Shown here one piece after another: positions 48,934 through 63,873 of a DNA stretch of 64,000 nt. The notes beneath the pieces are model-generated. The model did not search any database. It had not been told where the DNA came from and saw only the letters and a program-made list of their open reading frames with translations. The stretch's first letter is position 1, and every line of letters starts with the position of its first letter. The stretch is from the human T2T-CHM13v2.0 reference genome, Homo sapiens: NCBI RefSeq assembly GCF_009914755.1, contig NC_060937.1; one strand, written 5' to 3'. Both the position numbers and the translations under genes were made by a program.

Positions 48934-50859
48934 CTACTTTATGGTAGGAGGAGGGCAAGGATCAAAAAATTACCTATCAGGTACTTTGCTCATTACCTGG
49001 GTGACAAAATAATCTGTATACCAAACCCTCCACCACATGTAATCTACTCATGTAACAAACCTGCATATGTACCGTCTGAACCAAAAATAAAAGTTGGAAG
49101 AAACAAACACAGGAAAATACCCAGACAGAATTCACAAGACAGTAACCGGTTACCTTATGCAAAATTCCCAGCACACTCCTGGCCTACCAAGATGCTTAAT
49201 AAATGCTGTTATAATCTGCAGTCTGATTAATGATTTATGGCAATCATTTAATTTTCAATTACAGGCATCACATCCCTGCGGTTGCCACATAAAAACCGAT
49301 AGGGACAATAACAAGAGTATTGGGCAAGAAGGCAAAGAAGAGGGTGGATCTACTGTGTGGATGCTCAGAGGCAGAGAGACTGCAACAGATTTCTTGTTGC
49401 TTTGTTGCTACTGCAGATGAAACAAGACAACGGAAGTGACAGAAGTTTTATAAGCTTAAGTTGTCAAATAAATTTATAATGTTGCTATAAAATTATAAGA
49501 CACAGGGCAAGATTCCAAATGTATTGTACCTCTGGCTGATCCTCAATTTGGTAGAGAACTAGAATGCAACTGCCAGAAACCAAAACCTCTGTCCTACAAC
49601 AGACCTCTAAAACATTCAAGGGTGGGGCAAAACTATTATAAAAATCCTCTGATGTCTTACAAACAACCTATTTTTGACTTTCTTAAGCTCTTATCAAATT
49701 ATTTCTAAAAGAGTTGCACAGAATGAGAGAATCATCGCAGTTCAGAGCTGAGGGCCTTTCTGACATTACTGAGGTTGAATCCTAAGACTCTGGACTAGTT
49801 GGGTGTCTCTGCCTGAAGACACAACTATCTGGCAAGCAGGTGGAAAATTAGTAGGTGTCCTATCTTCATTTAGGTCTCTCCACCCCAAATTCTATTTTTT
49901 ATATATCACAATGCTAGTATTATATCCAGTCAGTACTTTACGGCATTTTAATTGTTAGTTTATTAATGGTAATAGTGCAGTAACAGGAGTTATCTATGTT
50001 TGGCTTATAATTCCTTTAAATGTCTTAAAAACATAATTTATAGTTTACAAGAACTAACCAGAAATCTCATTTTCTTCCCAGGTTGCTTTAAACATATTTT
50101 GCGCAAGAGGAAGTTTTAAAATATCAGAATGTCCATCTGATAGAAATGTAGAAAGATTGCCCAGAATTAACTGGAGTGATCAAACCACAGACTGTCTCTA
50201 AAAACATCCCATGAATAAAATTTGAAGGCTCAACAATCTAAAACTGCCTTAGGTCAACTTTAACTTTCACTTGTGAAATTTGTCATTTTTCATGCTTTTT
50301 GAAAAAGGTGAATACATAGAATTTATACATTTGGACTAGTTATAGCATTTTTTAAAAATAATGTAAGTTTCTCCTACTCCTAAGAAGTATATCCACTTCT
50401 CTGGAATAATTCCAATATTCCATTTAAATAGAACTTATTTTACAAAATTTCAAACTCTCTTTCCTTAATTACACAATAGACTTCTGTACTCAACTTCAGC
50501 TGTATCGTTTTCAAACAAAAAGTAAACCAGATGTTTGGTACTTACATGCAAAATTGAGCTCTCATTGTAAAACCAAATTAAATTTAAAATTAACTCTGGA
50601 ATGAAGCTAAGCCCCATTGAAAACACAACCAAAAAGAAAACATGCAAACAAACAAAAAAAATACTCTATTGATTTTCTTTTGTGGCTTGTTAGTCTTGGT
50701 CATTTATCTATTTTTCTTTGCATCCAGGAAAACACAGACACCCTTCCCAGACTCCTATTGTTTCATCAAAACTAGCAAATTTGGAATTTGTACATTTTTT
50801 AAGACTACTAAAATTTCATCATCTCAATTAGTCAAAAAAATCAATTTTTAGCTGTTAGG

Positions 50860-51045
50860 TACCATATCAAATGCTTTTCATATATTGATTCTCTTAATTG
50901 TCACTCACACAAAAAAAGGATTGTACTGTTAATATCATCGCCATACTACAAATAAGTTGAAGCAGAAAGAGTTTAAGTAATTCAGCAAGGAAGAGCTGAG
51001 ATTCACATTTGGGCAGGCTGATTCTAAAGTCATGCTTTTTACCAA
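50860..51045 (-). mobile_element. MIR remnant
   Basis: gagtttaagtaatt..gagctgagattcacatttgggcaggctgattctaaag. Confidence 0.55.
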
Positions 51046-51267
51046 AAGGGTACCATGGATCCCAAATCATATAGTGATTTAAATCCCCTATTAGAAAATA
51101 AAGAAAAATCCTTCCATTTGCTGGTGGGTGAAGTCAAAGGACATCTTATTTGCTGATTAATTTTCAAATTTTAAATTTCACATATTATTAAGAGAATCCA
51201 AAAATATAATTCTTATTGTGGTGGGACAAGCTAACTAAAAAGTCTCTCTCTCCCTCTCCCCTACCCA

Positions 51268-51271
51268 TCAC

Positions 51272-51321
<50 letters not shown>
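51268..51321. repeat. (CA)n microsatellite
   Basis: Direct read. Confidence 0.97.
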
Positions 51322-51324
<3 letters not shown>

Positions 51325-52667
51325 AATGCTTCTTAAGATAACTGTTTTGATCAAGAGGCTCTTAAATGACAACCAAAGTTCTCTCTCATTTGACATCAAA
51401 TGAAAGTGGACATGAGAATTAAAGGGAGAGAAAAGATGAGCTGTATTAGAAAAAAAATACCCCATGTTTATCCAAAAATGATGAGGTACTTATTTTGCCA
51501 TATAAAATTTCAAACCCTAATCTCATCTAGAACATTTAGCTACTTTGGTACAGCAATAACTAATGGAAGAAGACATACCTGAAGGCTAGGTCAATTGAGC
51601 TTTAAACTCCTACAGCTTCTCGTGTGTGAAAGGAGATGAGAGTGGTTAGAACATTTGGCATCAAGGGAAATTAAAGCTTCTTCTGTTCAGTTTTTAAAAT
51701 TCTCTAACGTATGAGCTAAATCTATTCATCTGGTCTAAAGACTTGACAATTCCTTAACAAACAGCAGCTTATCTGATTGTACGATAAAACTGCTGATGGC
51801 TGGATTACACAGGTGTTCCCTTTTATTACCCCGGCTATTTATGTCAACAACTATTTATTTAATCTTAAAGTGAAAGAAGAACACTTTTCTAGTGACACTG
51901 ATCACTCATGATCCTGAAATGTATGTGTTGATTTTCCTTTCATTTACAGGACCACGTCAAGACTAACTTTTCCAACTTGGCACCAATAAGAAATACTTCT
52001 GTCTACAATACAGTTCATTGGTAGAACTTATTAAACTATACTTGACTCCCTTTTCATTTTCATGCTAAGTAATAGGGAGTATATAGAGAAGATTTATATT
52101 CGCATGGGATAATTGTAAGATGTCACTACCATTTTATTCTCCAAAAAGAGAAGAAGAATAAATTTATAGTTCCCCCAAAGGAAATAAATTTTATGCGCCC
52201 AGGCCATTCTGACACCAACAGGAGGAAAAAAAAATTAAAAATAATGACTACTTTTAAAAAAGCAACCATTTCCTTCCTTCTCTACTTTTAAATATGTAAA
52301 GGTAATGAAAAAAAATAATCCATGATTGTAACTATGCCTCAAAGCACTGCTGCTGATCAAGGCGTGTGGAATTGTATGTGGAGAAAATATATTTAAGGGT
52401 AAATCTGCTTCAACTATATTCCCTGTTCCAATATCATTGTGCGGAACACAGAAAGAACTGGGTATGCTATTTTTTCCTCCAACTCCCAAAATCTCTGAAC
52501 TCTTCTATTATGTGCTTCAATCAGAGTGAGGAATGAGACCAGTCACTGAAGCAAAAGAACATTTCTATAAACTTCCACCTGAAGTTCAGAGAGAAGTCTG
52601 ATTAGCTACTATCAGGCTGAAGATCAACCAGGGGAGATATACTGTTTTCTCAGATGTTGCTGCACAG

Positions 52668-52946
52668 TTTTAGAGACAGGGTCTCATTCTGATTCCTAGG
52701 CTTGGGGGGGCAATACAGTAATCATAGCTCACTGCAGCTTCTAACATTTGGGCTCAAGCAATCCTCCCACCTCAGTCTCACGAGGAGCCGGTACTATAGG
52801 CACACACCACTGTGCACAGCTAATTTTTTTTAGAGATGGGGTCTTGCTATTGTCCGAGCTGCTTTCAAACTCCTGGCCTCAAGCGATCCTCCTGCCTGAG
52901 CCTCCCAAGTAGCTGGGATTATATGACATGAGCCACCATGCCTGGC
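52668..52946 (-). mobile_element. Alu (J-type)
   Basis: Diverged antisense dimer. Confidence 0.9.
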
Positions 52947-53866
52947 GAGCATGACTGTATTTGGAACACTGTCTGCCTAAAGATTTCTAAACACCAGAAC
53001 AAGTCTAAGACAGGCTTTCCAGGTGTTCAAGAGGTGCTGGAACATTTGCCTATGTGATATAATCTATTAAAATGCAAATGCAAACAAGACATGAAAGGAA
53101 AATGTTTCCAGAACAGAGAACTTGTTTTTAATAAACTTCCTCTCAAAAATGTCCTGTTTTTTTCCTCCCCCTCCCTCCCCCTTCCCCACTGCCAGGGCCT
53201 CAAAATGTACTTTGAAGCTTGTCGAGTCTTTATTTGAGATATGAAAGAGCTTCTATTTAAACGAGGAAGAAATTTCTCAAACATTAATCCTGGTGACCAA
53301 GAATGAGAACACTCAGTGAATCATAGTTGAATTTCATGATAACATTACTTACAGGGAAAATATCATTACTTATGTTCTTTCTCCTATCAATACTTCTAAA
53401 AGCCCAAAGCGTGTACAGGTACTTGTAAAGGGCAACACTGGAAGTCCCTCCCCTTTCTCCAACACACTTTCCTAAGCTGAGCTGTAGCACTTAGACCTCC
53501 CCCAGTGGCTCAGAAAAGCATCTAGGCCCAGTCAAGAGTCTAGCTAGAAATTGTTGTGAGTCCACTTGAAGCTTAGAGATTATGATCTGAAATAAAGAAT
53601 CATTTATTTTGTTTCCTGAACACCTCTGCTACTCCCACTGGTATGATTTCTTTTGAACACAATTGGTTTTGAAGTGCCAAAAGAACCATTTTTGGAAATT
53701 TTATAAAATCAAGGCCAATGAATTATGAAGAAGACATATCTGATGGAGCTATGCTCATGTGTGTTGTATCTAGAAAAGTATCTAGACTTCCATTTGGCAG
53801 CTGCATTAATTTTAATATGCATCTTTTTGATATGAGATCATAGATTCTGACACAGGATGGTTTTTA

Positions 53867-54358
<492 letters not shown>

Positions 54359-55444
54359 CACTGTCGGCAACTATTTAAGTTTGCAAGTCCCTTGAAAACA
54401 GGTACTTTTGTTTCAATGTTTGGGACCACAACTGACGATGAGTAGAAGACCAAGAAATGCTTGATGAATGAAAAAGCCACTTTTTACCTGTTAGAACCCT
54501 GAGGCTAAGAGAAGTAATGTGACCGACTTAGTTACCACAAACTATGATCCTAGCAGAATTGGGGCATCTCAACACCTCAACTCCCTGTGCAAGAACAGAT
54601 TTTCAATGTCTACTGATGATTTTAAATGGATTAATTCCTCTCTTTACTTCTTAAGGGCATGAAGTTTATGAAACAAAACTATACAGTACCAGACGCTTAA
54701 CCCACAGAGTGTTAAAAGTCACCTTCAACACACAACTAAACCCCCAAAAAAGTTATTAGGTGTTTGACAGTTTCATTTCTTTGACTGGTAAACAACAGGA
54801 GAACTTGGTCTAGTTCCATGAATCACAGCTTCCAAAGAACCAATGTACGGTTTTTCTCTTCAGGCCATCACGTATCAGAAACAAAGTCCACCAAAGTAAT
54901 CTATTACAAACTGTACTTTTGAAAAAGAAAATTGGAAGCAAGAGTTAAATTTAATATAAGTACCAGCTGTAAGACAAAAAACACTCTAATTTTATTTCAA
55001 CACTGTAAAGTCCCATTGTTCTTTATGGGTGTTGCTTAAAGAGATGCAAATGCACTCTTGGAACTATTTCTTGTTCTGTCCAGCCAACAAATATTTACTA
55101 ATCAGATACAGTGTATCCAATCCTGGGCTCAGGGGATTTAGCAAGGAAACAACAGATAAGCTCCAAGAAGACAAGGGGAAAACAAGGCAAGGAAGACAAG
55201 GGGGAAACAAGGCTAACATAAGACAAGGGTGGTAAATACGTAATTACCTAAATTAGAATGTAACTATCATTTTCATAAACACTATCAAAAACTTGATAAA
55301 AGCAAAAATGTTTTAAACTTCATGGAAAACAAAATGTCACAACCTCAGCGTTGTAAATATTCTGATTTTTTTTCCACTGTCTTCATGGCAATATAAATAA
55401 TCATGTTTATAATAAAGGGGGAAGGAATAAAATAATGGAATAAG

Positions 55445-55570
55445 AAAACTCCAATTATAAGTGAAAATCAGTTCTCATATAAAACTCAAATTAAACTCCA
55501 GTTATAAATGGAAAACTCTCAAATTAAAACTCCAATTATAAATGAAAACCAGAGTTCTCATATGAGAACT
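55445..55570. repeat. Degenerate 3-copy local repeat ending in an 18-bp palindrome
   Basis: aaactcca(a/g)ttataa(g/a)tg x3; agttctcatatgagaact. Confidence 0.8.
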
Positions 55571-57895
55571 TCAAAGTCAAATCTTTGAGGGGAAGCAGTT
55601 GGCCTTACAGTAAAACAGAACAGCGTTTCAAGCTAGCAAATCCCAACAACTTCCACTTAGTGTCCAAAAACTATGCTTTATACATATTAGGCTCTCAGTA
55701 ATATACTTATCAATATTTATTCATGTTGAAATCGGCCACTGCAAGTGGCTAATGGAATATCATTAGGTTATTCCAGAAACAGTGTTCTATTTTCCCTTGA
55801 AATGGTTATCCAACAGCTAAGAACTAAGTCATGAAGATACTTTGATTCTTTTCTGACAATAAGGTCACAGAGAACTATAATGTTGATCTAACAGTGGGGG
55901 ACAGTTTTAAATGACAATACTTGAATTACTATTATCAGTCACACATCCCATAGGCTAATGCCAAATTACTAAGCACACATTAACAGCAGATATTGGGATA
56001 TGCTACAAAGCCCTGAGTTCCAAGTTAGCTAGTTCCAAGTTAGCCGAAGATAAAGATAAAGACAACACATATCAAATCAGTTAATGGGGGGGCGTTAAAA
56101 CCATAGCCACGGACATTAGACTGAAGTGGAGAACTTACATATATCGAGAGAGACAGAGAGAGAGAGATACAGGCATATACAAATACATGCAGGTATCACA
56201 TTATATACACTATAGGAAAACAATTTAACACAGTTAAGTAAAATGTCATCTTATAATTTCCTGAAATATTACATGATTATCACTTTGAACAAAGCACATT
56301 CTTCCCTAGTTTTTTATCTTTTTAACATTTTATTGGACAAACACAGTGCTTTCTCTGTTACTAAGTTGTCAGTATCTCCATGTATGATTTATTATGGAGA
56401 AAAACCATGAATCAGAACATTCTAGTAGATTAAAAATTATGCCAAAATGATGCAATATTTACCAGCTGTAGACAAGTGCTACAGTAATCGCTTACATACA
56501 GATTACTGACAAAATAACAATAGCAATCAAATATATGTAACTACGTAACTATTTAAACTCCTAACAAAGGCTTTTATGATACTATTAGCAGTAAAGGAGC
56601 AACTCCCATAAAATATGACTTCGTATCACCCCTGATAAGAGTTTAAGTACATATAACCATTGTTATGTGAAAAAAACATTATTTTTAATTTGTGATAACC
56701 CGACAGGATTTAATTACCACACCTACTTCAAACTCTTAGCTGTTTCATTCAAAGCTGAAAAAACAATATTTATGTGGCTATTGAGAATCATTATGATTGA
56801 TGCAATCTTTTGTGTTATTCCCTTTATAGTCACTTGCATTTGTTATTATTAACAAGAAAAAATGAAAGGGGAAATGTGTGTTTTTGTTTTGCAACAAAGC
56901 TTTTCTGGTGATGACTAACTTCTTCCTTTGAACACAAAAAGCCTCTTAAACTAACTAATGTACATATAAATGTGTTCTTTACAATACGCATCAGGCAAGG
57001 GGGTGGGAGGGAAAGCCCGCAGGACTTAAGCCAGAATTAAAAGCAATATAGGCAAGATTGAGTACATGAAAGCTGTCAGGACGGTTGTTATTCTCAATTT
57101 CTTACAGCTCATCTGCTCTCAAGGAAGAAAAATCATAGTTTCTTTTAACCATATCCACAACAGATCTCACTTGAAAGGAAACATAGCGAGTGATTTGGCA
57201 TCAATGGGCATATTACCAATTTTCCAGCATCACTACTGAATATTTATACTGGTGACGAATGATGACACTGAGGAAATATTTTAGCACGAAGCTTTGCCTT
57301 GTAAATTGTCTGAATGGTGCTGTGTCAAAACAACACCTACCATAAATCAGAGGTTTTAGGACCAGTATTTCTTGTTTAAACATGCTACCTGCTCAGCAGA
57401 ATCACTTGTGTGAACAGGCATAGATTAATGTGTGCTGGGCAGAGCCATCTTACCCCCTAGCTTATAGAGCTATAATTTAACAAGCCTATTATTGTAGAGG
57501 TAATTTTGACAGTGCTGAAATATTATACTTGTTAAAAATGCACATTTAGCACCAACTCCAGTGGTCATTTGAACTGAATAAACAGATAAATAGGTATCCC
57601 TACAATTATGTTTCTTCTTTATTGATGACTCTTTTTTTCTGGCAAGGAAGTGGGATATGGACATCAGATTTTATAGAGTATCGCAAGACAGTCTTTCTGA
57701 TCATATAAAAAGCTCATCATGGAGGTTGCTTTCAGTTCTCCACAAATTATTTAGCAACTTGTAGTGGATTCCAGAGTCCCTTTCCAGGTTTCAGAAACAG
57801 AACAATAGTTCAAACCACTACCACCCTCCTCCCCTCAATTCCTGTAGGATGCACATCCTAACTTCCCATTCAGTCAAGCTGGGAAGGAATCATTC

Positions 57896-58025
57896 TTTTT
57901 TTTTTTTTGGAGACAGGTTGGAGTGCAGTGATGCAATCACAGCTCACTGCAGTCTTGACCTCCCAGACTCAAGTAATCCTCCTGACTCAGCCTCCCGAGC
58001 TGCTGGGACTACAACCACGCCTGGC
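57896..58025 (-). mobile_element. Alu right-arm fragment (J/FRAM-like)
   Basis: Poly-T, ggagtgcagtg..gggactacaa. Confidence 0.85.
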
Positions 58026-59077
58026 TAAAAGCTGAGAATCTTAATCACTGGGGCAACCCTCGATTTTTGATTAGGGAACATAGGAGAATATGTCTATCTT
58101 AAAATCTAGTACTAGCATTCGCATTCCATACCTCAGTGACCACAAGCATCTTCCACTGGATTAAAAAAAAGAAACATGGGAAGAAGTCAATATGTTTCTT
58201 TTTTCTTTTATCTAGTGTTTTAGCTCTCATTTACCTTAATCTATAAAGAAAAAAGAATGATATGAATCTGGTTTTTTTGTTACACTGTTGAAGGCATCGA
58301 TGAACATAAATATACATACACACACATACTCCCCACGCACACACTGGAGAAAAACCAGTTGTGTAAAACACACTGGCTGTAACCCAATATTAACTTTTAC
58401 TTCCCTGAGAGAGTAAACAAACACTTCTACCAACACCAGCTCTTGGGTTCTTAAAGCCAAATTAACAAATTGAAAGCAAGTAAACATTTATCTGGCACCC
58501 ATTAGAGTCAGTGTACTTAGCTAAATGTTATGTCACCATAATTAGGCATGAGAAAACAGGACAACAAACCGCTCATCTTTTCTCCAAAACAAAGAGTGAA
58601 ATTGTAGAGACCTGATAAGAATAAAATGTCTCTGCTAACTCTGTTGGCGTGGAAGAAAACTAAAGAAACTAACTGTGTAACTATCTTTCTCTGCAAACTC
58701 ATGCTTACAAAGAAAACAGAAACATCATACAAGCAAATCATAATGTATGCTTCAGGAATTAAAATGCATCCAACCACTCAAGATGTCAGCGTCTGCCTAT
58801 TCCAGTTACTAGTCAAGAAGGTGTAATTAGGAAATCCAAAAAAACCCTGTTTGAAATGCTAGGTATTCCAGGACAACATCAGAAAAATATCTTCCACAAA
58901 GACTTTCATGTTTCAAACATAATACGCCACAATATTACTTTTTAAATTTCATATTAACACATATCAAGATACAAAGACCCAAGCTATAAAAATAGAATTT
59001 CCAAGAAAGCTTTAAATTAAAAACCAGGTTTTGCAATGAGGTGCTCTTACATTATATCACTGAAATACTGCAGATCA

Positions 59078-59096
59078 TGCTGCCCTCTTGTGCTGG
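59078..59096 (-). promoter_or_regulatory. Candidate CTCF site
   Basis: Minus strand CCAGCACAAGAGGGCAGCA, close to the CCASYAGRKGGCRS consensus. Confidence 0.5.
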
Positions 59097-59493
59097 ATAT
59101 CAAAAGCAAAATTAATTCTGCCCATGCCAGGAAAACAGGATTTACATTTAAAATAAAAATCATCTCTTAATTTCTGAAGACTTACTCTTGACCTAGGATT
59201 TGTGTTACCCATTTATTATGATTGGAACAGAACGGAAACAGGGCTAAGACACACACAAAAACTGACTAGGAAGAGGTAGATGCAGCGAACAGTACCAGAA
59301 AATATCTGCAAATGCCCTATTCAACTCAGGTCATAATCAAAATATGAAGGAGGTGTCCGAGGGCAGCTGAAAATGTAAGGCTTCTTAACAGACACACGTG
59401 ATCCCATCACCAACCTACATCAAAAGAGGAAAGAATAAAAACTAGCAATGGGTGAGAGGAGGATAAAAAGACGAGAAAGGAAAACCGGCTCTT

Positions 59494-59771
<278 letters not shown>

Positions 59772-59813
<42 letters not shown>
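59772..59813. repeat. (CA)n microsatellite
   Basis: Direct read. Confidence 0.97.
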
Positions 59814-59820
<7 letters not shown>

Positions 59821-59987
59821 ACCATTTGTCCACTGGTGGTCACCTTGGATGAATGTGTGTCCATTCTTGCTGGGGGCCCAGCCCGCTCCCAACAGCAGAC
59901 AGAGCATGGTTGCCCCTCAGACCCAGCTCCACATTGCTCGTCAGTACTTGGCTTCTTGGGAAAACTGCTATCTCAGTACCAATAGGA

Positions 59988-60252
59988 GGTAAAACCCTGT
60001 CTCTACTAAAAATACAAAAAAAAAAAAAATTAGCCGGATGTGGTGGCAGACACCTGTAATACCAACTACTCAGGAGATAGACACATGAGAATTGCTTGAA
60101 CCCAAGAGGTGGACATTTGCAGTGAGCTGAGATCATGCCACTGCACTCGACTGGGCAACAGAGCAGGAAGAAAGGAAGAAAGAGGAAGGAAGGAAGGAAG
60201 GAAGGAGAAAAGAAAGGAAGGAAGAAAAGAAAGAAAAGAGAAAGAGAGAGAG
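59988..60252 (+). mobile_element. Partial Alu (end of left arm plus right arm) with GGAA/GA-rich tail
   Basis: Starts ggtaaaaccctgtctctactaaaa. Confidence 0.9.
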
Positions 60253-60471
60253 AACTGGCTCTTGTCATTCTAAGGCAGCACACTGGTTTGGCTCACATTT
60301 TATCCTGCTAGCTTAAGATTTATCAGGTTAACGAAAGGCCAGTAGATAAAAAGGTATTGTATTATATAAACAAAGATGAATTTCATGCAACCATAGGTGG
60401 GTTCGAAATGGAGAGGAACTTAATATCTGGCATGTTGGAGAAGCGTGGCCTTCCTAGAAACAGAAACTTCA

Positions 60472-60817
<346 letters not shown>

Positions 60818-61470
60818 TTACCTTCCCCTTCTCCCTAAATCCAAATAAGTGAACTTGGGACCACAGTGGGGCAGTCAGGGGGACCCTTCCAGAAGGTCTG
60901 GTTCTCTGAGTCACCAGCAAGGGTCGCCCATTCATTAACCACACAGATGAGGATCTGGGCAGAAGCATGATGAGGGGGATGGCACACTGGGGTGGGAGTG
61001 GACATAAAATAATGGAGAAGACATTTCTATGCTGCAGACCAGAGTCACTGAGAATATTCCAGCACAAGGGCACTGGAGATGGGGATATGAGGGACGTCTA
61101 GCCAGACCCCCGGTGTGAATCACCTGGAGTTTCTGTGCCAGTCACCATCCCAAGGTGAGCTTACTGGAAACTACATGCCAGCAGAGGTCCTCCCCGTTTC
61201 CTAAGTTTTCTAAAACCTGGGAGAATATCAGGATGCTGAGCTCATAGGAAACTCCCCCGGGGCTCTTCTAAGAGCTTGCTTTTAATAACTAAGTATTCAG
61301 ACATGCTTCCCAGTCTTTCTACCCCACTCAAAGAACACTCTGCAATTCAGGGGGCACAACATCATGCCAGATACTTATACATATTTAACATGTATGTTTA
61401 AGAGTACTGAAAAATCGAGCATGCCTGCCTCACTATCATAGAGGGGAATTTTTATTTATATTATAAAGCC

Positions 61471-61777
<307 letters not shown>

Positions 61778-61818
<41 letters not shown>
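61778..61818. repeat. (AT)n microsatellite
   Basis: Direct read. Confidence 0.97.
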
Positions 61819-61819
<1 letters not shown>

Positions 61820-62619
61820 CTATTGAAGTGCATACAATCAGTAATGTGAATTCTGAGGCGTAATTCACAGATTTTGTGTATCCTTCACCATTGTAAAAAG
61901 TGCAAAAATTTTATCTAAATGAAAATTTTAATTCTACCATTAAAAAACTTTTAATTTTTACATTTTTTCAACATCTACCACTAAAAAAAGTAAATAATTC
62001 ATGACCTCTAAACATTTTGGACAAAGTAGACCTCTCTTGGGGTACTTATTTGGGCTTCTATTTTGTTGAAGGAATAAAGTCATGCTAATAGATATAGGAG
62101 GAGGAAGCAAGATAAACACTCAGGTGCTGCTGTAAGATTAGTCACCTCCAAGATTTAGACTGGGTCCCAAATCCCTGAATAATAAATAAATCAGCATGAG
62201 GAGAAGCCCACAGGTCTCAAACATGGAGAGGCTGGTTAATGGTAGTCATGAGCATTCCGAGGCCTGTGATAACAGAAAGGCAGTCCCACTTAATGCTCCA
62301 AATGTTATGACTGTAGTTTCAAATTAACTGGCAAAGTGGCGCAACGTTACAGCTGTAATAGCGCAGAGGTCCTCCAATGACTTTCTAATAACAGCTGAAA
62401 TCAGACCGATATTTGTGTGGTCTCTGCAGTTTACAAATCCTTGCACGTTGCACAGTGCTTGGACTGAAAAGTATTTGTTAAATAAATCTACACAAGATGC
62501 TTTCCAGAACAGTCTTCTTTAATCTTCACAAAAATCATGTAAAACAGAGAGGGTAGGAGTAATTTCCACCCCACAGTGAAGGTGATTCAGTTCACAGATA
62601 CATGGCTTCATTGTCACTA

Positions 62620-62880
62620 ACATTCGTTAGGCACTGACCATGTTGCTACACCCAGTTTCATGTGCTAGGAATGTATTAACATGCTTAATTCTCATAAGAT
62701 TTCAATTTGGTGGGTATGAATAGTATCCCTATTTTACAGATAAGAAAACTGTGACACAGAAAAATTAAGTAACTAGGACATGAATATGAATGTAACTATA
62801 ATCAGCTATAACAATTAGTAACCAGCACCAGGATTGAACCCAGGTAGTTAGCTTGAGTTCACACTTTGAACTACAGCATC
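62620..62880 (-). mobile_element. MIR
   Basis: tatccctattttacagataagaaaactgtgacacagaaaaattaagtaact..ggattgaacccagg. Confidence 0.8.
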
Positions 62881-63873
62881 TGCTTGGAGACTTGCCTGTG
62901 TAATAGCACCTATGTGCTCTGGCCTTGGTCAAAAAGCTAGTCAATGGCCAGGCCAAAGCTGTGCCTGTGTTCTCTCCAGGCCACCTCCCTGCTTCTATGA
63001 GGGCAGTTATCATTTGCACAATGTCACTCAGGCCTCCCCACAAGTCCACTCAACTGAGCAGGGTGGGGACTTATAGGCACAACTAATTCTCCCTAGGAAC
63101 CCAGGTCAGGAAGGCTAGCCTCAGAAGCAGGACAGATAAGAAGCGCATAGTGCAGAGGCATCAACCACTTGGAAAATACTGGGTATAGTTGGGTATACCT
63201 AGGAAACAAGCTACTGAAGATCTATATGGCAGGTTCAACAAAGTCTCTATTATAGAACCAAAAGTCTACTTCAAAACCACAGAGTTAGAAACTGTTCTTG
63301 AAGGGGAGTTTACATTTTATCAATCTTGGCTTTTAATTAACCACATATTATCTTTCAGGGAAACCTCACAGTCAGGGTATGTACAAAAACCCTGTGTTTC
63401 CAGAAATGAACGGGTTTCCCAATGAAAGAAAGAAATGCACGGCCTGTCTCACGTCAGAGCATTCCTGATTACAAAGATCCCTCTGAAAAATGGCATAACC
63501 TAACACTATGTAAACACAGCCAATGTTTAGCAACTATTCAACTACATTTAAACATGTTTACAGGGAATGCAGGATGCTTCACTTGCCTCACAGCAAATGG
63601 ATTCCTAAAGCATTCTGCAAAGTGAACATTCATTTATTTTTCCACACACATATAAATTGGAATAAAAGATTGTATGCCCCCCCCTCCCCCCGCATATTTA
63701 GATTTTCTCTGGTAGGAGAAAAATATCAGTGAAGTTTCTTGTGGAAAATGAATCAACATGCATAGTGATTTTCTTCCCAGCATCCCTTCCATTTTCAAAG
63801 ATGGAAATGTAATCAGATCCTAAATGTGTTGTTAACAAGACATACTTACTGAGAAACTTGGTGTCAGACTTAC

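Noticed and set aside
55773-55788. Possible androgen response element (cagaaacagtgttct)
   Set aside because: Only the TGTTCT half matches; I found no full palindromic ARE.
63698-63873. In-frame read-through of the right-hand exon into the intron
   Set aside because: The donor is consensus (G|GTAAGT) and no AATAAA is tied to the stop, unlike the 18.3-kb case.
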